This document shows positions 23,701-35,700 of a DNA stretch of 64,000 bases, piece after piece. How positions within the stretch are numbered: position 1 is the stretch's first letter; each line of letters starts with the position of its first letter. The notes beneath the pieces are model-generated. The model was not told the origin of the DNA, did not search any database, and saw only the letters and a program-made list of their open reading frames with translations. Source of the stretch: Vicugna vicugna (lineage: Eukaryota); the NCBI GenBank assembly GCA_013265495.1, contig MU062019.1, positions 310,001-374,000 of the forward strand, written 5' to 3'. The translations under genes and the position numbers were made by a program.

Positions 23701-26700
23701 TACACCTGTGTTCCAAACAACAGCCCTCCCCTGGGTCGTCCGCGTTGGACGCCCTGTTGTCCACGCTCGTGTCCTGTGACCACGTGTGGTGCATGTCTGG
23801 CTGGGGAGCACGGCTGTATTGTGTGTTCTCTTTCTTGTACAACCTGTGTTTTCCTGAAAGTTTTAAAAAGAAGTATTTTCATTTGCTTAGTTTTCTGCGT
23901 ACCGACCAATAGCCCTCTCCCGACTTCCCAACGGAATTTGTGAAGGTCTCCGTGGTGTGGACCCTCATGGGGCTCCCGGCCGGGGAGACGGGGTCCTCAC
24001 ACCTTCCCGAGCATCAGATGCCCCTGGAGGGCTTTCGCAGCAGGCCGAGTTCAGACTCCTTAGGTCTGGAGGGGACAGCAGTGAGCACTTGGACCAGGTG
24101 CCCAGGTGATGCTGCCGGTCTAGGGGCAGCACGTCCGTCAAGAGCCACTGCTGGGTAGCATTTTGTCAAGTGACAGTGGGACAGCTCATTCGTTTGGCTC
24201 CGGAGGAAACTGCGGATAGTGTCCAGTTTGGAGTTACTGAGAGTGTGGCCCATGCTCATGTCTTTCGCGGACCTACGGATGGGTCTCTGCTGGGGAGAGG
24301 TTAGCCGCAGGAGTGAAACTGCCGTGTCACCAGGTGTGACGTTCTGCCAGCTGGTTTTCCAAGGCGGCCGCACAGATTCACTCCTCGGGCAGCAGGCGCG
24401 GCTCCTGTGGCCTCACACCTGGGACCAGACTTGATACTGTCTGTCTGCCCGTTTCAGCACTTCTCCCAGGGGGTGGGGGGTGGTGCTTCACGGTGGCTTA
24501 CGTTTGCATGTCTGAGATGACGTAAGTGCCTTTTTGTGTGTTTACTGGCCCTCCTGGAGCTCCTCCGTTTGGTGGCACTAAAACCGATTAGAAGTGCATT
24601 CATTCACTCAACAAATGTTGAGTAATTCTGGAAAGGACTTTAACCTTTGCTCTGAGCGTGACTGAGGTTGGGGCAGGGTCCTTTGCGGTCGGGAGACCAC
24701 CCCGGCCACAGTGGGGGCCGGGGACCCTTCTAAGTGAGGCATGAGGGTGGATCTGACTGCAGGGAATGACGAAGGCGGTAAAGCAGACGCACCTCAAGGG
24801 CGGAGCTGCCAGGTTTGCTGCTGTTTTGGGGGCCTGGGGCGAGAGAGGAGCTCACAGTGCCTGCGAGGTTCAGGCCTGAAAAACTGGTTGAAAGGATTTA
24901 CTGCACTGGCAGGGGGAACAGGTTTGGAGGTAGAAGCTGAGCCTTGTGTTCTGGGCTGTGGACCTTGAATTGCCTGTGGATCTCTGAGTGGAGGCATTTC
25001 GCTGCAGCGTTCATGGGAGAGGCTGAGGGTGGAGACAGTGCTGTGGGAGCTGTCGGCCTGGGCTGGGGCCTGAGGTCGGGACCTGGGACAGGGAGCGGGC
25101 AGGCTTGTCTGCCCTGGGCTGTGCCGTGGGTGACTCTCAGTTCAAGCTCCCGGCCTCTCCTCTGGAAGATCCCCACCACTCAGGACGTGGAGGTCTTTGG
25201 TCACTCGCTCGGTTCTTCAGAAAACATCCCCCTGCCGTCCCACCTGGGAAGGTTGATGCGTGGTGATCAGTCCGAGCCTCGCCAGCGCCCCCCCCACCCC
25301 AAGCTTCTGCAGGGAGGGGTCATCTGCATCCACAGTTGTAACACTGTCACCAACATTTGAAGCCTCAGCCAAAACAGAACTTGGGAGACAAGGGCAGGCG
25401 CAGGGCAGACCCGCTGGCACGTGTGAGCCGAGGGTCCTGGGCCCACCGTCCCTGATGGGTGAGCAAGGCCAGCTGCCCTTTCCTCATTCGTCGTGGTCAG
25501 GACAGCGGCATGTGTCTTGCACCCCGTCTGCTGATGAAGCTGCTGGATGAAAATGAAAAGGGGCCCTTTTTTCAGAGGCACCTGCATGCACAGTGGGTCC
25601 TCCAGCCCTGCTGTCTGGCCTTGCGGGGGTGAGTCAGTGAGAGGCGGGGGCCTCACTGGAGGGTAGAAGGAAGGCTGATGGCACCTGCCGCATGAGGGCG
25701 AATAGGGTCTGTGGGCCTGAGATGCTCACTGCTGACCCGCGTGAGGCACACACTCCACACACAGTGGAGTTACTGCCTCTGGGGACAGGGCGGGGGTGGG
25801 GAGGGGATGGATGGAGTCGTACCCTTGGCCCGAGTTGGGAACGGGGCTTGTGAGCTCCAGGCCCTCCCTCCCCCGAGCCCTCAGGTGGGGAGCTCCGGCC
25901 CCGGAACCCGAGGTTTGGAGAGAACAGGGGACTTTCGAGTCCAGGCCTCAGTGGGAGAAGGCGGGGACACGAGGGGGCCTCGGGGCAGAGCAGGCCACAG
26001 GTGGGTCGTGCTTGAGGCTGACAAGGTGCATCTCGAGAGTGACTGTGTGTTGGGTGCACGTGTGGTACTTGTTAAGTTGGAGGAGACCTGGGGGTGAAGA
26101 CGTGGCTTTAGGGAGAACTCTGGGCCGGATGGGGATTCGGAAGTCCTCCGTCACCATCACTGCAGCTCCGTTTCGTGCTGGGAGATTTGCAGCCTGCGCT
26201 GGGCCTCTTCGGCCGCGCTTCACGGCTGTGGCCTTGGGCGGCTTTGCTGAGCTCTGTGTGCCTAGTCCCCTGGCCGTTACCCAGGATTAATGGTGATGTC
26301 TCAGAGTTGTCGTGGGGTTAAGTGAGCTGCCCTGTGAGCAGTGCTGGGACAGCGCGAGGCCTCGGCGCGTGGCCCCACCCAGGCAGGGGCAGCAGGCGGG
26401 CATCCAGGCCCCTGTGGGCGGGCTGGCTGACAGAAGCACCGGGGAGGGCGGTGGTCTCAGATGACACAGAGAAGGCAGCTGAGATGGGGGTGCAGCGTCA
26501 CCCCTGGACTTGGCCCGGGAGGAGGCCGGGCAGTTCAGAGTCATTCTGGGGGCGCAGGGAAGGCGGTGTGGGGTTAGGAAGCAGAGAAGGCAAGTTTGAG
26601 GAGACAGCCGGGAAGCTGAGAGGGGTGTTGTCACCCTGGTCGGTCTGAGACCCGCTGGTGCCGGAACCCGGGGAGCCTGGCACCCTGGGCCCACCCCTGC

Positions 26701-29700
26701 CCGCAGTGCTCCCCGTCTCTCCTGGGCCTGAGGCTCTGTGGTCACTTGTGATGTATTAGCAGGTGGGAACTGTGGAGCGCTGTGCACAGGCAGCACGCGG
26801 TTCCCTGGGAGTCTGGCTCATTAGAAGGCCTCATCCAGTGTCACGTATGTGAGCTGGTGAAAATGTGACAGCCGTGGGTGCAGATGGCCCCCACCCTGCG
26901 GAGTCTGGGAGTGCAGGTGGCGGGGGCCGAATCGGGGCAGGTGCTTCCTCCCCTGTCCAGGTCCAGGTGGAGCCTGTGGGCTGGCGCTCTGCCCCCGTAG
27001 TCGCTCGGGGCCCGGTGGCTCTGTGGCAGTGGCTCTGACCCAGCGCTTTTCCGAGGTGACCAGAGCTGGTCTCTCCCCGACACCCACACCACGGCTGGTG
27101 ACAGAGCAGAAGAGCTTGGGGGGCGGTGTGAACAGCGGCTTCTAAGGGCAGGGCTCAGGAGCTGCTCGTGCCACTCCCCTCCCATCCCTTGGGCAGACCG
27201 AGTCCTGCGGCCACACCTGCCAGCTCAGGAGGCCCGCGTGTGGACCTCCGTGGCTCTGTGACCGGAAGGAGGACGGGGCTGCTGTGGGGGGGCCACAGGC
27301 GCTGTCATGCCGTCCTTGAGGGGCCAGGAGCCACCAGTTGCTTTATGCTGGGGAGAGCCAGACCACTGTCGGGGCTCTGCGAGCGCTTCCGGCTGCGCCA
27401 TGCGACCTGTGCACGGGAGGTCTAGGCCAGCTCAAACCCTAGGGGTTCCTGAGGTTGGGCAGGTGCAACAGTTGCTGGCTTTCAGTTAGAAATTGGTAAA
27501 CAAGGAACCTGAGAGAGTCACTTGGCGGGAGCTGCTGTGTGCAAACTGGTGTTGGAAGGAGCCCAGCCTGGCAGCGATGAGCTGGACGCGGCGGATGGAA
27601 GGCGCAGGAAGGCCCCGGGCGGCACAGGGCAGCGAGCTGGGCTGTCCTTGGTCACGGCCTGGCGCACGACTGCCGTGCCCCTGTCCTCTGTGTTGTTTAC
27701 AAACAGCACCCCGCTCCGGGTTCTCTGTTAGCTGCGTGTTGTCTTTGCAGCCAAGATGAGAAACCCGAACAAGGCCTGTCTGGGCTCAGCATAGGGGGTC
27801 GTGTCCTGCTTGCTCTGGGAAGTCCTGCCTCCTCCTCCCGGCACTCCGGAAGCACTCATCCAGGGTTGGAGGTCAGTGTCAGGTTGGGGGGGGGGGCCTC
27901 AAAGGAGCTGCAGGACCCGGGGTGCAGCTGGTGTTGGAGGACAGGTCAGAGGTTGTTTGGGGGGCCTGTCAACGTGGTGGGAGGCCTGGAGCTGTGACTT
28001 GGGCAGAGGGGACAGGACAGTCTGAACAGGACTGGGGCTCCGTTCCCATGACTGAGTAACCCCCCGAACCTCCTGTTTGGGTCCCAGGGTCTCCAGAACC
28101 AGGTTGGGTCAGCAGAAGGCCCTGGGGCTCGGGCCCCACATCCTGGGCACTTTGAGCTGGTGGGTTTGGGTTGGACATGCTGGCCGCCCTGCTGGGCCGC
28201 TGGGCCCCGAACAGCTCCTGCCCCTCGGAGGCTTGAACCTGCGACCCTGTGAGCAGGGCCCCGCCCTCCTGTTCTCCACAGACGTTTTATTTAGCTTCTC
28301 CGGTTTCAGGTGGGAGCACCTGTGATCTGGATTCACCAGCACACTCGCGTAGGAGGTGAGGGAGGAGCAGGTCTCACTCCGAAATCTCCAGATCCGCTCT
28401 CGGGGCCTCTGGGGCCTCAGGGCGCAGCTTCGCACCCTCAGGACCATGTTTCCTTCCTTCCGAAGAGAGGCCATCTCACTGTCCAGGGCTCCCTGGACCG
28501 CGGTCCCCACGGGGAGCCATCTGTCTGTCCGTCTGCCCGCGCGGGGGAGGGGGCCCAGCCCTGCCCGCGGTCCATGCCCTCTCAGGGGTCAGCCCAGCTC
28601 ACTCACCTCCCCGCTTTCTCTTCAGATTGTCAGGAAAGCCCTTTCTGAGGAAAAACACGTGTCAACGAAAACGTCCACGGCAGACCTGGTGACGGAGACG
28701 GACCAGGTCGTGGAGGACCTGATCCTCTCGGAGCTGCACCAGCGCTTCCCCTCACACAGGTGGGCGAGCTGCGCGCGTGTCATCACAGACCCCGCAGGCC
28801 TGCACGGCCCGCTTGGCGCCCCGCCTGCACTCCCCGAGGACTGGTCCCCGAGTGTCGCTGTCCCCCCGGGGCCAGGGCCATCGCCTGTAGGGGTCAGAGT
28901 CGCGTCCTCCCATCCTGGTCAAGCCTGTGCAGGGAAGGCCGCTGTCCTCCCCAGGGCCGCCCTCTCTCTGGAGCAGAGGTCCCGACCCTGTGGGGTCACC
29001 GGCTGGAGAGACTACGATGCAACCTGTTAACCTTTTCCCTGGGAGCCCAGCACCACCAGCCCCGGGCGCCTCGCACCCAGCGAGCGAGCACCCGAGGAGG
29101 GGCCCCTTGTTCGTGGGGCTCCTTGCAGGGAGGGCCCCTTTCCTCCCTTAGGGAACCCGGGTACTGGGCGTGCACGTGTGTATGTGTCTGCGTGTCTGTG
29201 TATGAGTCTGTGTGTGTCTGTGTGTCTTGTGTGTATGTATGTATATGTGCATGTGTGCATGTGTGTTCGTGTCTGTGTGTGTATGTATATGTATGTCTGT
29301 GTGTGTGCACGTGTGTATGTGTGCATCTGTGTGTGCAGCTGGTAACAGCCCTTCTGATCCAATGACTGTCACGTCCTGTTTCCCTGCTGGGCATAAAGTC
29401 AGGACCCCAGCATCTATTACAACAGCTACAAGAGCTCTGAAACCTTTATGGTTTTCTGACTTCTAAAAGTCTAAACTAAATGGCGGTGTCAGAAGCTGAG
29501 CCTCGAACAACACAGGTCTGAGCCACGCGGGTCCATGTGTGCGCAGATTTTCTCAGCAGTGACACCGCCCATGCTGAGGGCCGGCGTTCACCTGTGGGGA
29601 GGGTGGCGCCCCAGACCCCCTTGGTGTTCAGGGCAGTTTTACTCCCTGGGGGTGCCGGCCGGAGGAAGTGCGGCTGTTTTGGGCTGAGGAGGCCTTTCCG

Positions 29701-32700
29701 TTGTCGAGTTGGTGTGTCATCCAGGCGACTGCAACAGGAGGGAAGAGGGCTGGGCTGTGAGGGTCCTGGGGTCCAGGTCAAGGCCCCGGCTCACTGTGGG
29801 GCTGCAGGGCTCGGCGTGAGGGTGTCACCAGGGCTCCATCAGTCAGATCACTCCGACAGGTGGACTTCCGACAGCACACTCCGCAGGCCGGGGGTTTGGC
29901 TCCACCGTTGAGGGACTGGGGCATGGTCTCTGCTTGCCCAACGTGGTTTAAGTACTCATGCGCATACCATGGCGAATGCCAGGATAACACGCCTCACACA
30001 GGTGAGCCTCAGCCTCCGAAGCCCCCTCGGGAGACTGGCGACCCCGCACGGCGGGCCCCACCCAGGGGTGCGTCAGGCCCACGGCTGACAAAGCCCTGGG
30101 GACACGGGCGCCTCCCCCCAGCGCAGGAGTCAGTGCTCCAGAACTTGGGCCACAAGCCAGTGTGGCCCGGCTGCTGGCTCCCAGGCGGACTGAAGGTGAG
30201 CCTGACCTTGTCACGGAGGAAACAGACTGGCCAGGAAGAAAAGGCCTGGGCACACCTGGCCGTTTGACTCACAAGGCAGATTTGTTACAACCTTGAGGGA
30301 AAAACAAAGCAGAACGTTTTGTCCCCATTTGTCCCCATTTGTCCCCAAGCTCTGAATCCCACTTCCCTCTGTGTCCAGAGGCTGTGGGAAGTGGCCCTGA
30401 GTTTAGTCTGTGTTGTGCTTGCTGTCGGTGTTGTGGGTTTTGTGTAGGCGTCCCAGCACCTCCGTGAGGGTGTCTGTCCAGGTCAGTGAGTTATCCCCCC
30501 CGCCCCGAGGGAGCTGCGGGGTGCTCGCCCCAGGAGCCACCTTCCTGCACGGAGAGAATCAGATTCAGGGAGTGTAACTCCACGCCCTTCCCCACAGACC
30601 GGGGAGGCATTTCGTGCCTCAGAAGGTGGTGCACGTCCCAAGTCCTGCCCCAGGCCCCCCGTGGTCGTGACGCGTGCTGCCTGGTAAAGAGTGGGGGACC
30701 TAGGCATGAGACGCCAGGCCTTGGTACGGTTACCTTGAGTGATTCTCACCAGAGACGCCCAACAGTACGAGAGCCGTGTGGACAGGAGCATCGTGGGAGC
30801 TGCTGGGGGAGCCCAGAGACCGCGGCCCACATGTTTGCTGACGGACTGACAGACCGCACGGCCCTGCAAGTCATGAGGGACCCGCGGCCGCAGGCTGTGC
30901 TCTGGCACACCCGAGATGTCAGCCCCCCTCCTTCCCCCGGGCCAGCGACTTCCTCCAGCCAGCCTCCCGCTGAAAATCAGTCTGAAAAGGAAGAGTCCAC
31001 GGCCCTCCCCAGTGTCCTGGGGCCAGTTTCACTGTGGGTCATGCCCACCCTTGAGCTCAGTGATGTCTTCTCGCTGCCTCCTGGACCTTGCGCCAGTTCA
31101 CGCTCTGGCACCTGGTTCTTTCATGTGTCTGTTTTTCGAATGTGGTCCGCTTGCTTTAAAAACATGATCTCAAGCTGCTGCAGCGGAGGAGAATCACACA
31201 GCCGTAGAAGACACTGAAGACAGATTTAATTCCTTGTCTTTGGCTCAGAAAACCGGCAAAGCTAATGCCTCGCCTCTGCCGGGTGAGGTCTGGCCTCAGG
31301 GGTCCGACAGCCCCACTGCCCGGCCAGGCTTGCCCCCTCTGACACTGTCACCACGACATTCTTCATCTAGCCGCGCCAGCCAGGGTCACCTGATCCAAAC
31401 GATCCGAAACCCCTCAGAGGGGAGTGGTGACAGGGGGCGGTTCCCCACAGGCGGAGGGACGGGGCCCGGAGCCAGGAGCGGTCCCACTGCGTCTGGTCCG
31501 CCCTCTGCACCCTGATGGTGCCCCAGGCTTTCTCTGCCCCGAGTTCCCCAAACACAGGGCTTTGCCTGCTCACATGTGGGTCTCTCCAGGGGACAGCGGT
31601 GAGCAGGGTGGAAGCAGCAGCCAGAAAACAATACTGTCCCCTCATCATGTGCACAGACATGTTTCAGATCACTTATGTCTGGACGCCTCTGCGCACAGAG
31701 AGCATGAATTCCACAACCTGTGAGACAAATGATGGCCCACAGGTGGGGGCCCTGCTGAGTGATGGCGCTGGTGACAGCAGTGCGTCGATCTGCTGTGACC
31801 CCGGAACACGGGGCACTGCTCTGACCCCACAGCGAGTCCGCCCAGGACACGCCAGCCAGAATGCATCCCACAGAGACGGGAGTGCCCGCTCTGCACGTCC
31901 GCCCTGATAGCCTCTGGCCTGAGGGACTAGTGAGACTAAGGCGCTGACTCCTGCGTTCTCCGTGCCAGTGGGACCATTACAACGATGTCCACTTCACTGA
32001 AGCCAAGTCTCGGGGCACATGGTGCCTCTGGGAAGTGCTTCCGGGCCGGCCGGCCCAGCGCCCCGCCCTCTTCGGGGGTGACCTCGCCTGGCCGCGTGCT
32101 GCACGCCAGCGGGGGGACACGCAGTGTTTCTTGCTTTTCGCTTGTTTTTCCTCGTTGGCAGAACTGTGTCGTCTTCAAGTGCCCTTGAAGACGACACAGT
32201 TCAGACCCGGACGTGGTGCGAGGACCCCGCGGGGCGCCTTCTGCAGCGCCGCGTGAACCTGACCTGCTGGGGACAGTTGGGAACCTGGGTCGGGCGCCGG
32301 CCTGGGGACTTCGGAAGATGGCTCCAGGAGGCAGGGGCTCAGACACTGCCCGGGGGACCCTCCCTGAGCTGCTCTGAGCCAACTTGGAGGGGGCACAAGA
32401 GGGAGACATGAGGGCTCCATCTACGTTTTCCACCGAATGGCCGGTTCCCGGCGGTGCCTTCACTGAGACAGACCAACCGGGAGCCTTGGGGACGTTGTCT
32501 CGTTCAGGAGGCTGACGGGAGTAGGAGGCCGCTCGGAGGGGACGCTTCCAGGAGGCTTGAGTACAGAGGACAGGCAGGGACGTGGGTCTGTGGTGCGTGG
32601 CCCAAGTGTTCCTGCAGGAGGGGGTTCAGGGTGTGAGGGGAGTGGGGAGGGGGCTCCACGGAGACGTGTCAGCTCCATCGCCATGTGGTGGACGGGGGCC

Positions 32701-35700
32701 TTGTCACCGTCTGTGCTTCAGGGAGGCCAGGCTGGGTGCAGACTGGGGCCGGGGGTGTTGTCAGCTGTAGGTGACACTTCACGCCTGCCCCAGCCACTGC
32801 ACTGCCATGGAGGGTGCCAGGCCAGGCCCCTGCCACGTCCTCAGGCCCTTCACCGTCTCTGTCCTGCAGACCAAAGTCACGGCAGAGTCCAGTTTCACTC
32901 TTTCAGCTCTTCCTGGTGTCCATCCTTGGACCCCCAGGCCTGCTGCACCCTGGTGCATCCCGGCAGCCTCCATCGAGGTGTCACATAGTGTTTTGGGGCC
33001 CTGCCAAGGGGTAGAATATCAGACAGAGCGAAATGCAGACGGTCCCTCCCAGACTCTGCCCTGTTTGGCCCGGAGGAACCCAGGTGAAATCTCACTGTGT
33101 CTGTATGGTCCCTGGCAGTCCTGGGGTTTGGAGAGCTTTGTCCTGGATCTGGCGCCTTCTCAGGCCGAGCTCTGCACACCACAGGTTCATCGCAGAAGAG
33201 GCTGTGGCCGCCGGGGCCAAGTGCGTGCTCACCCCCAGCCCCACCTGGATTGTGGACCCCATTGACGGCACCTGCAACTTCGTGCACAGGTGAGTGTGCC
33301 CCCTGCCCCTGCACTCCCCCCAGCCCTGACCTGTCCTCTCCTCCCAGACTTTGCCTTTTCCAGAGCGGCGTTTTTGGAGGCAGGAGTGTATAAGCAAACC
33401 TCTGGTGGGTTTGCAGTCTCATTTCAAAGGGGATAAAGTCTTGATACTTTTCCAACAAGCCGTCTTCCATTTGTGAGATACCTTCAGGGCACGTAGGAAA
33501 TTGTCACTTGCTTAAAAACTGTTCTGTGTGTCGCATTTAAATGTTGGGTGGATTTGAGAAGGACCCTTAAGGAGGCCCCCTGGAGAGACGGGCAGGGTTG
33601 TAAATAACAGCAGGTGTCTGGTCCAGCCGCTGGGGAACATGAGGTGTGGATGGCAGCCTTGGGGAATGAGGAGCCAGCCAGGACTGGGCAAATAAATAGC
33701 CCAAAGCAGCAAGTTTCAGGGAGGTCAGAAGCCCCAGGGGAGGGGAGTGAGCCCCGGGAGGTGATACACATGTCCTGCCCCAGAAGCACTGATGGGGGGC
33801 TGGGCTGTACCCTTGGTCCAAGGACCCAAGGGCACCGAGGGCCATGTGGTTTCCGTGGAGGGTGGTTCTCTGCCATCACACGTGTGGAGAGCTGGTTGAC
33901 ACAGGCTCCCAGCCGGTCCCGCGTCCCCATGCAGCGGGTGAGGTGGCCCTGGACCTGCGTTCCTCACCAGCTGGACCTCACAGGGAGGGCCCACTCTGTA
34001 GATGACCCGAGACGCCCGCTTCCTCACTCACAGTCCCACGTGTGGGGTCTCCTCCTGGTGCCAACCCCTCTGTTTAATCTCAGGTGGAATATTTATGGGT
34101 AAGTGTGTAAAGTGATTCCACGTGGCCCTTTTCTTATCCTGGGTCATCTTGGGAATTCAGTCATGCCCACACGGGTGGCCCTCTGGAGAGTGGAACAGAG
34201 CCATCTGGTGACACTTGCAAGTGTCACCAGACTCTAGAGCATGACACCCCCCCCAGAGCCTGTGTGGAACCGCAGGACTCCCCTCCTGGGTGCGTGTCAC
34301 TGAGCGGGGCCCGTGTGCAGGCGGTGGGGACAGGGCAGTACAAGCCCCACCGTGGACAGAGACCACATGTCCACCCCGGGGCCAGAGGGAGCCTGCAGAA
34401 GACCAGCCCCGGGGCTGGCCAGCACGTTCAGGATGCTGTCGAGGGCCCCAAGGGCCATGGCGACTCTCGCGGCCTACAGGCTCTTGGAAACCTTTGGCCC
34501 CAACGCTCGGACAGGACCTGTTCCCGCTTGTGTCCCACAGCCAGTGGGGAAGGGCCTCCTGAGAGCGGGGCCCACAGCCGAGGAGGCACACGGCCCGCGG
34601 GGACGGTGGCAGGGATGGCGGCCTGGGCGGGAGGGGCAGCAGCCGGGGCGGGCGGGCTGTGCTGCTGGGTTCGGAGTCTCCTGTGAGCTAGAACCAGCTC
34701 TTCCTCATTCCTGCTTGCCAGGCTCTGCCGGTCTTCACATAAAGGAGAGGCTGCTTTGGAGACGTAAGCCGCCGGTAGACAGTGAGGCCACCACCCGCCT
34801 TCCACGCTGCGGCTCCCCTCCTGTCCTGCGCGGAAGCTCCCCCAGTGGTCAGGCCAGGAGGGACCTTGTTGTCTTGGACCTGGGCTCTCGGTGGACTTGT
34901 GGCCGGTTCCCTACACGCCCTCCTGGGACGTGGGTCTGGCCTAAGCTGGGGGGACGGAGATTTCTGCTGTCCTTCGGTCTCTGAGAACCACAAGGCTGAT
35001 TATTAAAATCTCAGCCGGGTCCTCCATGGTCACCGTTGAATCCTGTCTGTCGTGACGGCTGTCAGGACGCGGCCTTGTTTCAAGGTCAGCTGTGCTCCAG
35101 CCCGTCAGCTGGGCCTGCTTGTCTTGGAAGCAGTTGGTGAAACAGTGCGAAGCGGTTTTCAGGAAAACAAACCTGGTCACACTGCGGACAGGTCCCGTGC
35201 GCTCCAGCCACACAGAGGTGATGACCACGCTCCCGGGCGTTTGCAGCTCACAGCGTCCCGTCTGTGTTCTCTGCAGGTTCCCGACCGTGGCCGTGAGCAT
35301 CGGGTTTGCTGTGGACCAGGAGGTACGTGGCGGGTGGGCGGGCCAGCCGAACCCCTGTGTGTTGTTCACTGCCGTCCTGTTCTGCACGCCTGTTTTGCTC
35401 ACCTCGTCCTGTGCCTGAATCGTGACCAGTAAATCCAAGCATGTGCTTTTCAAATCCAAGAAAGTAAACAAATGAAAACCGGTCTGGGGTGTATAGGTTT
35501 CAGCTCCAGGCCGGCCCTCCCCCCTCCCCCCACCTTGGTGGCCCTTTTTGGAGGGAAGTTCCGGGCACATGTTCCCAGTGAGCCTCAGACTGACCCCTGG
35601 GGCGTGTAATCTGCTCACACACAAAAGAAACTGCTATTTTGGGAGGACACTTCTGATCCCAATAGTCTGTCAGTTCTCCGTCTTCCTCTCGCTGCCGGAC

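Noticed and set aside
28996-29394. His/Thr-repeat ORFs (THTHVHTH...)
   Set aside because: Translation of a (CA)n/(TG)n microsatellite.
32172-32193. Inverted BbsI sites (GTCTTC/GAAGAC) suggesting vector contamination
   Set aside because: They follow automatically from the palindrome; flanks are ordinary intronic sequence with no vector elements.
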